Assembly (NCBI RefSeq): GCF_006345805.1
Contig: NC_043020.1
Span: forward strand, 2,790,001-2,854,000
Origin: Octopus sinensis
Lineage: Eukaryota
DNA length: 64,000 nt
Direction: 5' to 3'
Shown here: piece by piece, positions 35,351 through 48,724 of the stretch
Layout: every line of letters starts with the position of its first letter
Numbering within the stretch: position 1 is the first letter of the stretch
Position numbers and translations under genes: made by a program
The notes under the pieces: model-generated
Told to the model about the DNA's origin: nothing
Seen by the model: only the letters and a program-made list of their open reading frames with translations
The model's database searches: none

Positions 35351-35461
35351 AGTTTTGAGAAAAATTCTATTGGAACAGAAAGTTTGGCAACTTCCAAGGT
35401 GGCTTCACATGAACTTTCAAGTGGCAAGGGTGTACGGAAAAGAAACAAAAAAAATCGATGA
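35351..35461 (+). CDS. MANBAL: MANBAL/UPF0239, coding exon 2 (SFEKN...GVRKRNKKNR*)
   Basis: Long T-tract plus cag acceptor, phase 0, basic C-terminal tail as in MANBAL, TGA at 35459-35461. Total protein 79 aa. Confidence 0.85.
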   Translation, partial: SFEKNSIGTESLATSKVASHELSSGKGVRKRNKKNR

Positions 35462-37549
35462 AGAATGGTGACACACATATACACATGTATGTGTGTGCGT
35501 ATATGTATATATATACACACACATGTATGTATATATTATCAGGTATATGTTTTAGCTATACTTTGGTATTTTAACAAAAGTCATCACAAATTCTTTATAT
35601 TTCTGATATTAGGTTTGTGTGTGTGTGTCCAAACATTCATTTTAATCAAATAAATGATAAAGGGAAAGCTCAATATATGTTGTAGAGTATTGTTACCATT
35701 ATTATGGCCAGGTTCCAGCCTGGACTGCAACAACAAAGTTAACCCACCACACTTCTTGGTCCAACATCAAAATGCCTTGAGGTCCTGGATACATCCTAGT
35801 CCAGTGTCTGCAATCAAGTTGTCTCTGTAAGTGTGACAATGTTTTCCTCTTCTTACATCACCAGAAAGTGGGTTCCACAGGACTAGTTTGGATGCTTCCA
35901 GTTCTATCATCCATGGAAGCAGCAGGGAGCAACATGTCCAAAAGTGGTACCAGCTGAAGTGTTGATGCCACTCCCTTTGTAATCACTGGAAGAGATTCCA
36001 CTTGTTTTCAACAATCTCACATATAAAACCAAACTCTTTGATTTGGAAGAATTTCAGAGTGCTAGGAATAGACTGAAGGAGGGGGAAAGCTGCTGGCTCT
36101 GATGGGATTCCTCTTGAAGAGTATAGGGTTTATTTAGACTGAATTTGAACTTCATACCACTAGGATCAGAAGAGGAGACAGGTGGCCTTGCCTGATGACA
36201 ATCAAGGTTGGGTGAAACTCAAGTTGCAGCAAAGGAATTCAATATCCTCCTCCTCCTCTGCGGCATCGCGAGCGACAACGTGTCACATTCTCGCTTTCCC
36301 TATGCCATTGGAGTTCGCGAAGTGAAAGGCTCCAACGACTTTGCGTGTCATCAGCACGGGTGCCACTTATGTGTCACCAGCATGGGTGCCTTTTATGTAC
36401 CTTCTATTGTTTGAGAGTAATAGAAGAGAGATAATCAGGACCAGGGGCCTTGTTGGCATTTAAGTGCATATGAATGTGAGACCTGTGGAGTAGAAACGGT
36501 TAGTTTTGGTAGTGATTTAGCAGTATGGAGTTGGGTGCAAAATGAGAAGCAAACATTAGGACTTTCTCTGTGGGAATACTCCTTAGAGACCCATCATAGT
36601 TGAGAATTGGCGGGAGGAAGGATTTTATAGAGTTATTAGAGTTCCTTTTAGTAAAAGAACAAAAGAATTGATGTTAGTTTGGTAAACGGGAGTGCTGGCA
36701 ATTTGTGATTAAAAGAGACACTTTTCACATTTTCTTGATAATTATAAATCTGTTAATTTATTCATTTACCTTCTTTGAATCTATTGATTGTACTTTTTTA
36801 ATATTTGTCTTTTTTCTTTCTTTTTTCTTTCTATATATTTAGACTCCAAGTTTCTGACTTTACAAACTCTCCACATCTGAAAGTTATGTTTCCCACAAAC
36901 AACTGCTCTTCTGAAAGATCTCAGTGTTAACAACTGATGGATTTCACACAAATTTCTCATTTATCTTTCAATTTATTCAATAATTTCCTTTCATTTTCAT
37001 GTAAGTGTCATTCATATATAATTGCAATTTCTAATTAGTATTTTATACCGTCATTTGTTATACAATTAATCATTTTAGTTTTCTTTCTTTCTTTCTGAAT
37101 TGATAATTGCATTTTCATGGAAATGGTTTTTATTTAACCATTTATTACAAAGAAAACAAACAAAACAAAAACATTTTATAAAAAATGAGAAAGCTTTTAA
37201 TTTTTCCACACTTCACTCTACTGTTTTATATGCTTGCGAAAAAGTTTTTGAAAAAAATGGATTTAATAATAAAATATTTTATTTAACACAACGGCTTGCT
37301 TTTATATCATTTCACATAGGAAATGATAGTCAGTCATTGATTTTTATCCACGTGTAGAATAATTGGAAAATGCCATGATTCTGTGTATTATGAATGGAAA
37401 TGGGTCATAATGTTTAGGACAAGGCTCTTTTTTCAAAAAACAAATTTCTGCCTAAAATGTCAAAATTCTTATGATTTACACAAATTTATCTCATTTTACA
37501 AATACTATTGCTGTATTTGATGGCATAAAAGGTGCACATGTCTGCACTG

Positions 37550-38202
37550 GTATAGTCATGTACTACAGATGGATGAGGAGAGATGTGTGAAGAAGTGCCA
37601 CTCCCAAACAGTTGAAGGAATCTGGGGTAGAGGTAGACCCAGGAAGACATGGGATGAGGTGGCCATGCATGACCTTCAAACATTGGGCCTCACAGAGGCA
37701 ATGACGAAAGACCGAGACCGCTGGAGATATTCTGTGACTGCGAAGACCCGACAGATAATGTGAGTTCATAGCTGTTTCCTGCACCAGCTTCACATAGAAG
37801 CCCCAGTCCATCCAAAGTACCTTGGATCGTGAGACGGCTTGCTGTGCTTACCTTGGATCGCAGGGCGACCTGCTGTGCTTGAGGAGACCTATTGAGTCAA
37901 GTACATCAACATCAAAATATCAAATGGAAATTGTAGTTGTGATACCTGTGCCGGTGGCACATAAAAAGCACCATCCAAACGTGGTCGATGCCAGTGCCGC
38001 CTTGACTGGCTTCCATGCCAGTGGTACGTAAAAAGCATCCACTACACTCACGGAGTGGTTGGTGTTAGGAAGGGCATCCAGCTGTAGAAACACTGCCAGA
38101 TCAGACTGGAGCCTGGTGCAGCCTTCTGGCTTCACAGACCCCAGTTGAACTGTCCAACCCGTGCTAGCATGGAAAACGGATGTTAAACGATGATGATGAT
38201 GA
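37550..38202 (+). mobile_element. RTE LINE 3' end
   Basis: MDEERCVKKC...GRGRPRKTWDEV...RDRWR, then the 3' UTR and (GAT)n tail. Confidence 0.88.
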
Positions 38203-38644
38203 CAACGACGACGGCGACGGCAGCGGCAGCAGCGGCGGAATTCAAAAAGGGACAACAAAACATCGAGACAGATGATACAAAAAAGGGACAGGAAGAAACA
38301 TGGACTGGTCATTCGAAATTTTCTTTCCTCAGTCGAGTTCCAGATTGTCTTTGCAATTTTAGCTGGTTATACTTGAGATTGCTCCAATCTGGCCAGCCCC
38401 AAGAAAAAACTAGGCTAAGAGCACTAGATTCTTTGGAAGAAAGCAGCGAATGTATTTATATATATATATAAATCTTGCCAGCCTTTGAAACCTGAAGGGA
38501 GAGACTTTATGTTTGCAGATGAGGGCTAAAGGCTAAACATGAAAGAAGCACGTGTGTCAGACTGGTTCTATACCAAATTTTCCAGTCTACATACTTACTG
38601 ACTCTGCAAACATTGTGATTCACCAGGACTTTCAACTAATTTCT

Positions 38645-39187
38645 TTTACTTGTTTCAGTCATTAGGCTAGGGCATGTCAAGAAGAACTTTTAGTTGAAGG
38701 AATCAGTCCCAGCAGCCATTTCTCAAAGCCCAACACTTATTCTATCACTCTCTCTCTATGGACGTACAGCCAAGCCATGGAATCACTGACAAGCTAACAC
38801 CAGTTGTCAAGTGGTAGTGGGGGACATGCACACACACACACATACACACATACATGCGCACCCATACACACACACATGCGCACACATATACACACACACT
38901 TACACACACACATATACTCACACATACACACACATTCACACACATGCACATACACACACATACACACACACTCACACACACGCACACACACGCACTCACA
39001 CACACACACACACAAATGTGATGGACATCTTTGAACCTTCATCCACAAACAAACTCTGTTCACAAGGCTCTGGTTGTTGACCTGAAGCTACAGCAGAAGA
39101 CACTTGCCCAAGCTGCCATGCAATGGGACTGAACGTAGAACTAAGTGGTTGGGAAGCAAGCTTCTTACCATAGAGCCACACCTGCAC
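38645..39187 (-). mobile_element. SINE family C with internal (CA)n expansion; other copies near 3035, 4030, 6015, 17288, 18900, 22700, 46755, 57175, 59312 and 62447
   Basis: Family head gtggctgtgtggtaag...ggttcagtccca, a CORE-like accttgggcaagtg block, a central microsatellite and the tail cagtcaaatgactgaaacaagtaaaaga. Confidence 0.75.
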
Positions 39188-40698
39188 CTTGTGTGTGTAT
39201 GAGTTTCCTATTCAAAATAGAACACCTACATGCATTTAATTACTGGAATGTGCAGATGTACTTTGGAAGGACACAGCTTGGATTGTCATCCCCTTCTGTA
39301 CACAATTAAGAAGAGAAAAAACTGAGGCAGACAAAGTATAGTATGCAGTGTTAGGCAAGTGAAAGCACTTGTTTAAGAACACAACAAAGAAGTGTGCAAG
39401 GGAGCTTTAGATGTGAAAGGAAGAAACAAAAGGGAATCAGGTGTTTGAAGGGATATCAAAGAGAAGAAAAAAGAATGGGGAAAATAGAGAGGCTGGAGAA
39501 AGAAAAAAAATTGTACAACACTTTTTTCTGTTCTTCTTGTATTATTTATTCGTTGAATCATCAATATTTCATCAATTATTTCATGAAATAAAAGAAGTTA
39601 GTTGTGTCCTGTTAGGTATTGTTAGTCTGAGTAGATTTATGTCTTGCCTTGGTTGGTTGTCAGTAACACAGAAAAAAAAACAAAAAAGGGGGTTTTGTGT
39701 TGAATGGGAAAGACTCAGTTAGGGTCTCAGTCTCTCTCTCAGTCATATTCAGCTTCTTTATCATAATTTAATTGTAATTTTATGTTGGGACATAATGTGT
39801 AAAGCATTTCTTTACAGTTAAAGCTATGAAACAAATAACCCTTTAGGTTCCTTTCAATTTAACGGACTTTTGACTGTATCAGACACATCTCACCCCTATT
39901 AGTTTATTAACGTAAGGGGTCATTGTGTGTGCATGTGTATGTGTATATATATATATGAATTATTTTTTGTGTATTAAAGCTAGCATTTGTTTCATGTTAA
40001 GGAATACGTCAACAATTATTTAAGCCCATCACAGAAAACGTGGTCTTTGTCTCTGGAGACAAACACTGATTTCTCTCTAGGCTTGAATAACTTCGAGACC
40101 AATGGTAGTCTTAATACACAAATAAAGAATCTTTATCCATCAGTGTAGTGTTGAGAACAATGAGATTCACATAAATTTTGAGACGGCCAGAGCAACAGGG
40201 ATGGATGAGAAATGCCAAAGTCATCATCATTGTTCAACCGTGGTCGAGACAATGGAATTTACTATGCTACACCAGACTTCACGGTCCATCATAGCATTAC
40301 GGAGGTCCTGTTGCTGGTTGCCTGTATCCCTGGAGATTACATCAGGGTAGGAGAGTGTGCGTCCTGACCTCTATCTGACCAAAGACTACATATTTGGCCC
40401 AAGTGTGCCAGAACCCGTTGTTCAAGGATCAGTTTGCCCAGTCACTTAGGGGCTTGCTACTCTTCCTCATGATCTTCAGACAAGAAAAAAACTGTCATCA
40501 TCAATCACCACATACCTATATACATATACTGACATGCACACACTCATATATACACGTTACCTTTCGCTTAATACACACACCTTTCCGTTATTAGTTCGTT
40601 AAATTGAAGTGTCACTATATACATATACATGCATACAAATACATATACACACAGATATACATACAAACACACACATAAACATCTCTCCATCCTCCAGC

Positions 40699-40765
<67 letters not shown>

Positions 40766-43009
40766 AATTGAAGGACTGGTCGTCACTGGAATTCTTATAT
40801 CAGTAAATATAGAAAAAAAAATGTAGAATTGGTAGTCTTGTGTTTAGCACCGGTAATTGTATGACTGTGGAATTGGTCCTCTTCTGTATCTCTGTCGGTT
40901 GATTTAGCTATCAGATTGTATATTCCGATACATGGATACTGACAAAGGTGATGTGACGGGTGATGAGCAGGTGTGGGTTCTCACTGTGATTTTCCAGTAC
41001 CAGAGTAATTAAAAACTCTAGAGGTCCAAGAATTGGTTTTATCAAATATAGAGCTCCTGGAAATACAAAAGAGAAAGTAAGAACAATTTTAGAAATTGAG
41101 AAAAACATACTGAAGTTATCGTCATCGTTTAACATCTGCTTTCCATGCTGGCATGGGTTGGACGGTTTGACATGGAATTGGCTAGCAGGGAGCTGTCCAG
41201 GCTCCAACTGCCTGTTGTGGCATGGTTTCTTTGCTAATTATATTTCTATTTAGAAATATTTTGAAGAAATTTCATCTGGTAATGTTTGAAATAAAACATG
41301 TTTTGAAAGGAAAAATGCAAAGGATGTCTTCATAGTACAAGAGTCAATTAAATAATAATAATAATAATAATAGTCAAGACGAAGTGTGCGATGCGATTAC
41401 AATTATTTTATTGGTTGAACGATATTTCAGAATATCATTCAACTAATAAAATATCTATTACAATCAAATCACACTCTTCATCTTGACTGTTTACCTTTGT
41501 GAAGAGTTTTGTCAATCCTTTTTAAAATATAATAATAATAATAATAAACATAGAAGCTACACCTGGATCCTCAACACTTGCACACTATCCGAAAAGCTTC
41601 CCCTGCTAGGAACAGCCGACATTCTACACAAATAAAACCAGCCACAACCACTTACTCTATACAGTAAATATCCAATAAAATAAACAACCACCCCTACCTG
41701 TACTCTACAGGGTGGATGCGCAACAGAGGAACACAACTCACATTACATGCACAACACACTATACAAACACTGATACACAAAAAACTGCAACCAGACCCTA
41801 GGAAGAGTTTGCATTTCCCCAACAACAAAAAAGAACTCACAATGCTGCACCCCCCCCCCCACCAACACGGAGGTGATGCAGTGGAAATCTATCTGAAACT
41901 ATCAGATGTTGAATGGCAACAACAACAGCAGCAGCAACAACAAGTGGAGGCGCAATGGCCCAATGGTTAGGGCAGTGGACTCGCAGTCAGAGGATCGCGG
42001 TTTCGATTCCCAGACCGGATGTTGTGTGTGTTTATTGAGCGAAAACACCTAAAGCTCCACGAGGCATCGGCAGGGGGTGGTGGCGATCCCTGTTGTACTC
42101 TTTCGCTCCAACTTTCTCTCACTCTTTCTTCCTGTTTCTTGTCCCCGACTTCCTTCGCAACCGCTGAGCCTGGATGCGCATTCATCCATCCGTCGATGCT
42201 CTCGGTGTCGGAGGTTGACCTGCTTGCTTTTCTGCAGTTCTTACAAATAGCAAAGGACCACGTTTCGGACTTCTCCCACTGGGATGAAGACTGCTTCACT
42301 CAACAAACAAACAAACAAACAAACAAGCAACAACAATAACAGTTTTCTTCTTCTTACCGTTTGAGTTATTTATAGCAGCACTAAAATATCCCTCTTCATT
42401 ACCATGACTAAGGGTCAGCAATAAGTTTGGGTAGTATTTGTATCCCTTGGTCTGTATCATTAGCAGCATCATGGGTTCCTCCAGCACCTCGGGATGAGAA
42501 GGGATGGATATGAATTCCCAGCCTATGGTACGGGTCTTGTTTATCATACACAGTTTATCTTCCAGTTGGCATGGATTTCGTTTACAGACATATCCAGTCG
42601 CAGGGGCCCTGATGGGGAAAGGTTGAAAGACAATACATCAACAACACAGCTACAATAATCTTACATTTAGGGACAGGGTCACAAATTCAATGGAGAAGTG
42701 GTAAAGTATAAAAACTATAGAAATAACTCTGATACGTACCAGGTATTTAGTTTCCTCATTTAGTTTTTGTCACTGTTTCAGTCATTGGACTTTGGCCATG
42801 TTGAGGCACTGTCTCAAACAAGGGCCTGGGAACAGGAGGTGTAGGTGGTGCACATGCACCCCTTAAAATTTTTGAGGGGTGTGAAATCAAAATTTGCACC
42901 TCCTATATACTTTGCCTGATTTAGAAGATATTTCTAAAAACTGATCTATAAAACGTCACTTGAAGTTAGGTTTCTTCTCAAAACAAGAACAAAGGACAAA
43001 AATAAATAA

Positions 43010-43330
43010 ATCAAACGTTTTTATCAAACATCTTCACCAAACACATTTGTTAAACCAGTTCAACTGGTGCATCCATCGAACATTTTCATGAAACTTTTTC
43101 ATTAAACATCTTCATCAAACATTTTCATCAAACAACTTTATACAATATTTTCATAAAATATCTTCAAATATCTTCAGCATTTTAATAAAACATTTTCATC
43201 AAACACGTTCATCAAACATTTTCATGAAACTGGTTCAAACTGGTGCAACCATCAAATATTTTAATGAAACAAGCATCTTCAAACATGTTCATCAAATATT
43301 TTCATCAAACCAGTTAAAATCAGCAAATCC
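43010..43330. repeat. Degenerate 13-bp tandem repeat (aaacatyttcatc)
   Basis: Repeated aaacatcttcatc/aaacattttcatc units with interspersed ccagttcaactgg-type segments. Confidence 0.75.
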
Positions 43331-43334
43331 AGCA

Positions 43335-43985
43335 AATATTTTCTGTTGACCAGTCTGGGATGGAGGAGTAGCAGTTTTTCATCCATTCTGGCAATTTCAT
43401 GGCAATATGTTTCTGCAGTAATGGTTTTTCCAGGTTTTAAGAAGTTTAGTGTCCAGCAGCACACCACCAAATAGTCACCACAACCTTTCTTTTTGAAGAG
43501 CTCGAATTTAGAGAAGGTTTTTGGTGCTTCATTTTGGTCCAACCACTGCGTTGGACCAAAATGTTTTTGTTATTGTACAGAATCCACTTTTCATCACAAT
43601 TTACAATACGGTCAAGAAATGGATCAGTCTGGTTATGGAGAAGAAGCAATGAACAAATTTCATATCTGTGCATTTTCTGATTTTTATTCAAATCGTGTGG
43701 TACCCATTTGTTGAGCTTTTTTGATTTTCTGATTGCACGCAAATGGTTGCAGACAGTTTTCTGGTCAACTTGAAGTTCTTTCACCAGTTTTTGATTGTCT
43801 TTAATTGACCATCATCGATGACAGACAAGCATTTACTATGCTCACAATCTTCAAGGCTCAGGTCTCCACTGCAAAATCGTTTAAACCATTTTCGAGCTGA
43901 CCACTCACTGGTCATTTCCTCACCAAACATTTCATTGATATCGCAAGCAGTTTCAGCTGCTTTACATCTTTTTTGAAGTTGAATA
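43335..43985 (-). pseudogene. mariner (Mos1/SETMAR-type) transposase pseudogene
   Basis: ARKWFKRFCSGDLSLED, KWVPHDL and FLDRIVNCDEKWILYNN across three frameshifted ORFs. Confidence 0.92.
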
Positions 43986-43989
43986 GCAA

Positions 43990-44352
43990 AATTTCTGAGG
44001 ATCTGGAGAAAATGCACGTACCTGGCTGGATTTGTTACCTTGTTTGGTTTGGAAACAGAAAATGCAGACATTGAATCTCACTTAGGAGAGGAATTCGTTG
44101 ATGTGTGTGTGGATCTCAGAAGTAAAAGCCTCAGTGACTATTGGACCAGTGTAAATACTGCTACAAAATACCCCAAGCTTTGTGCAGTGGTTGAACTAGC
44201 CATGCAAATGCAGTTCTAACAAAGCGGAGGAACAGACAGAACCTGGAAGAGCATAATGGCTTATGACTAATGACTTATGACTAAAACTCACCAATCTCCA
44301 ACCGAATGTCAATGTTCATGCTAATGCTCACCAAACACATCTTTCTAGTTAA
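43990..44352 (+). mobile_element. hAT transposase C-terminal remnant
   Basis: KYPKLCAVVE...NAVLTKRRNR...LKLTNLQPNV...AHQTH resembles hAT dimerisation-domain ends. Confidence 0.55.
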
Positions 44353-44404
44353 TGATGGCAACCAATTCAATAAAAGAAGTACATTAATTTATTTTTAATG
44401 TATT

Positions 44405-45550
44405 TAACCCTTGGTCTACCAGAGAAAATATATGACACTAATAACCAACTGGGTCCAATCGACCCAATATTTTTCTTTTAATTAAATTTTATTCAAACTA
44501 TCTCTATTTCTTAGCTATATTATATATGCCGTCAGGTGAATGAAGAATTACTGCTTCTAACAAATTTTAATAAAAGAAATACAGCTTACAGAATATATTA
44601 TAATTTTTAAAATACAGAATTACAACTCTTCATATAATAATAATGATGAAATTATTGTCTACAGTGCTCAGGTGCACCACAACTTGTCAGAAAGTGCGTA
44701 TAAAGTATATGCAGTAATGTACAAATGCCTGGAAAGCGAACAGTGTATGAGTCAGATCCATGCTTGCGTGTGTATGGAGGGGAGAAAATAAGGTGTAGTG
44801 TTGGTGAATCTCAGGAAGCGTGGAAGTCTTGAAGGATGCAGTGCTCTGACAACTAACAACTGATGCCAGCAGTTTGTTCCATGCTTCAGCAACTCTCAGC
44901 ATGAAAAAATGTTTCCTGAAGTCATGGGAGCTGTGCTGTTTTCTTACTTTGTAAATATGTCCACGGGTGTTAGACAGGTGGAGTTTGAAAAGGTGCTCAG
45001 AGTTATTGTTTGTACAATGGTTGATAATTTTATGGGTGTCTGCCAAGTCAGCTGCCAGATGTCGGAGTTTCAATGTGTCCATGCCTAGGGAAGTAAGGCG
45101 TTCAGAATATGGCAAATGCCTGATGGAGGGTATTCTTTTGGTTGCATGTCACTGAGGCAGTGAACACTGACAACATTGGAATGTTCTTGGCAAACAATTC
45201 TTACATGTAGTATGAGTTTTCTTGTCTTTTTTTTTTTTTGGTTCACACAAAGAACATCATCCTTTTTTCTTTGGCTGAGAAATCTCGAATGAAGTTGAAG
45301 ATCGCCTTCTTTTCTTGTTTGGTTGAAAAAATGTTAGCGGAACTTGTTTAGCATTAACTCCAGCACGTTTCATTCCTAACTGAATCAGGCTCCGTCTTCT
45401 TTTATCCTTAGAACTTTGCAAGTGAAGCTGTTTAGCAACAAGGAAAGCAATCACTGCACTTATATCACTCATGTTGTAGAATATAACCATAGGCCATCTT
45501 CGAATCATTCTTTTGCAAGTGTGTGTCCTTACCATCTTATCTAGAGCACA
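44405..45550 (-). mobile_element. piggyBac 3' remnant interrupted by a CR1 LINE
   Basis: LDKMVRTHTCKRMIRRWPMVIFYNM (PGBD-type) with a Cys-rich end near 45180-45260. Putative TTAA|CCC terminus at about 44405. Confidence 0.7.
44632..45155 (-). mobile_element. CR1-clade LINE 3' end
   Basis: PYSERLTSLG..TL..R.L.ADL...TRGH...RKHFF..RV..AWNKL followed by a (TTA)n tail. Confidence 0.88.
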
Positions 45551-45964
45551 CACACACAGCTATGCACATATACACTCAACAAAGATATACATGTATGCAC
45601 ACAAATACAGTTAAATAGATATATACATATGCATAAACAGACAATGACTAGATTTTTCAAAATTATTTTTATTTATTTGTATATTTTCTTCTTTTTTTTT
45701 CCATTAATGAATCACCCTAATTTGTGCCCTATGGAAGATATTTCATGTAGGAGCTGTTTTTAATATCAATATATTACCAAAGTCAAAATGGAAAAAGGGT
45801 TCAGTAAAAATTTAAACATAAGCAACTTAAGTATGTGTGTGTGTGTGTGTGTGTTTGAGTGTATGCATGTATGTATGTATGTATGTATGCATGCATGTAT
45901 GTATAATATTTAATCTATTATCTTTAGTCCAATGAAGTATATTTTATTTAATTTCTCTCTCTCA

Positions 45965-46006
<42 letters not shown>

Positions 46007-46911
46007 CTATATCTATATATATATATATATCTGTCTATCTATCTATCTATATATATATATTCAATGTATGCTTTGCTTATTCACCAGTAGGCTGCAGGAA
46101 GCATAATGAGGCTGACTTCTTCAAAGTCAGGAGGGTGTGTACATGTGTGCACACTAATTTGTTACTATCTATATCCTTTCTGATGTAAGCAGGTTTATTG
46201 AGTAGGGCATGCTACTAGCATTGCATTTTGCTGTTAAATTTAAAGTATTGCATTCAAATGGAAGCATCTTATAACAGCCTTATATATATATATATATATA
46301 TACATACAGGGTGAAGTGAATTCAATTTGATATATATATACAAGTATGTATATATGCATGCATGTATGTATAGAGAGAGAGAGAGAGAGAGAGTTGTAAA
46401 ATACCAAGTTGCTTACAATTATTTACTTCCCTTCTAAATTACGAACAAAAATTTATTTTATAAAATATGTAATAATCATATAATGACATAAGTGTATGAT
46501 AAACAAAAAACAACATGCCATAACAGAAACAACACAAGGAATAAAATAAGTAAAAAAAAGCATAGATTCATTGAGTGGCCTGCACTATTTTGCCAATTAG
46601 CATTAATGAACTTCAACTAATTTAGAATGGACAAAAGTTTCAAATCCTTTCTTTTTGTTTTTGGAGTCCTTGTACCTGTCTGTCTATAACTATGTACCTA
46701 TGTCAGTATCTGTCTATAGCTGTAAAGCACCGACCTGGCAGAATTATTAGGCACAAGGGTGGATGTGTGGTAAGTAGCTTGCTTACCAACCACATGGTTC
46801 TGGGTTCAGTCCCACTGCGTGGCACCTTGGGCAAGTGTCTTCTACTATAGCCTCGAGCCGACCAAAGCCTTGTGAGTGGATTTGGTAGGTGGAAACTGAA
46901 AGAAGCCCGTC

Positions 46912-46967
<56 letters not shown>

Positions 46968-48607
46968 ATATGCTTGTGTGTCTGTGTTTGTCCCCCCCAC
47001 CATCATCTGACAACCGGTTCGGCAAAATGACACCAATAGAATTAGTACTAGGCTTACAAAGAATAAGTCCTGGGATCGATTTGGTCCACTAAAGGAGGTG
47101 CTCCAGCATGGCTGCAGTCAAATGACTGAAACAAGTAAAAGAGTATGCTGGGAAAAATATTTAGGGGCATTTCATCTGTCTTTACATTCTGCTCCAAGGG
47201 TTTTACGTGCCACTGGCATCGGTGCCAATCGCATGACATCAGTATCTGCCACCAATCTTTTCAGGGTCCATAAAATAAGTATCAGTTGAACACTGGGGTC
47301 GATTTTATCAACTTACCCCCTCCCCTGTAATTGCTGGCTTTCTGCCAAAATTTGAAACTAATATTTACCTATAACCATATACCTATATCTATATTAATTT
47401 ATAACTATGTAACTATATCAGTTTATCTATATCTGCCTATATTTATTTCTCGATACCCATTTATATCTATTTAAATCTGTCTATATTAACTGACAACCAT
47501 ATAGCTGTATCTATATTAAACTAGGAGACAAGTCATAAATAACGGTCATTATATATATTTTTATTGTAGTAAGTTTGACTAACAGCTGTTTCCAGTTGTC
47601 GTTATAGGTTTACTCAATCGGTCCATCAATCAATTAAGAAAAACTGAATGATCTGAAAATTTAATGCTACTTTCTTCGTCAGTCATTTCTGATTATATTA
47701 TATTATATTATATTTATATAACAATCTATGTCTGTAGCTATCCCTCTATATCTATCAATATATATTTATATCTGTATATCTGTCCGTATATATCTATTTA
47801 TATGTCTTTCATTTTTATTGTTTAAAAGTAGGTGAGCTGGCTGAATGCTTCGCAGCACTTCTAGCCTCTTATGCCCTGAGCTCAAATTTCACCGAGGTTG
47901 ACTTTATCTTTCAGGCTTTCAGCGTCAATAAAATGAGTACCAAACGGAGCACTGAGGTCGACCTAATCGAATAACCTTCTCCCTTCAAATTCCAGGCTCT
48001 GTGGCAATAGTAGAAATAATTTTCATGGTTCAATCCTCCGCAGTCTGTCTGTCTATTGACATTTTTCAGGACTTCTGAGATTTGCACGAACACGGGAGGT
48101 AACTTAGATCTAAATGCTTGCAGCGGAGTGGTCTCCCTTTGTCCATCTCTATCGACAGACACTTTTCATTTGGTTCCCTGATAAATTAACCAAGGTAATG
48201 TTTCAATATTACTTTTTACTAAGGCGGCGAGCTGGCCGAAACTGGCCCCCTCCCCACAAAATTTCTGGTCTTGTGCCTAGAGTAGAAAAGAATAGAAAAG
48301 GCGGCAAGCTGGCAGAAACGTCAGCACACCGGTATTTCGTCTGTCCTTGTGTTCTGAGTTCAATTTCCGCCGAGATCGACTTTGCCTTTCATCTTTTCGG
48401 GATCGATAAATTAAGTACCAGTTGCGTACTTCGGTCGATGTAATCATAGTAGAAAGGATTATTATTGTTGTTGTTGTTATAAATTTTTTATTACAAATAT
48501 TATGTCGCTGAGTTCAAGATCTCATAAATTTTGGTTTTTATTTATTTACTTATTTACCAATGTTATATTTCAGCCTTTGCTTTTTAATTTGGAAAGTTTA
48601 TATATAC

Positions 48608-48641
<34 letters not shown>

Positions 48642-48724
48642 TATCGTAAAACATTTCATATTTAAAAAAAGTTTTAATTAACAAAAAGAAACAAAAAGTC
48701 ACGCTAATATCGTAAATTAGAATG

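Noticed and set aside
41716-41970. PolyQ-containing 84-aa ORF
   Set aside because: The Q run is a (CAA/CAG)n microsatellite at a SINE insertion site, and the ORF ends within the SINE head.
41943-42020. tRNA-like sequences at 41945, 21700-21775, 29560-29637 and 60527
   Set aside because: The acceptor stems do not close and each continues into a shared SINE body, so they are SINE heads and not tRNA genes.
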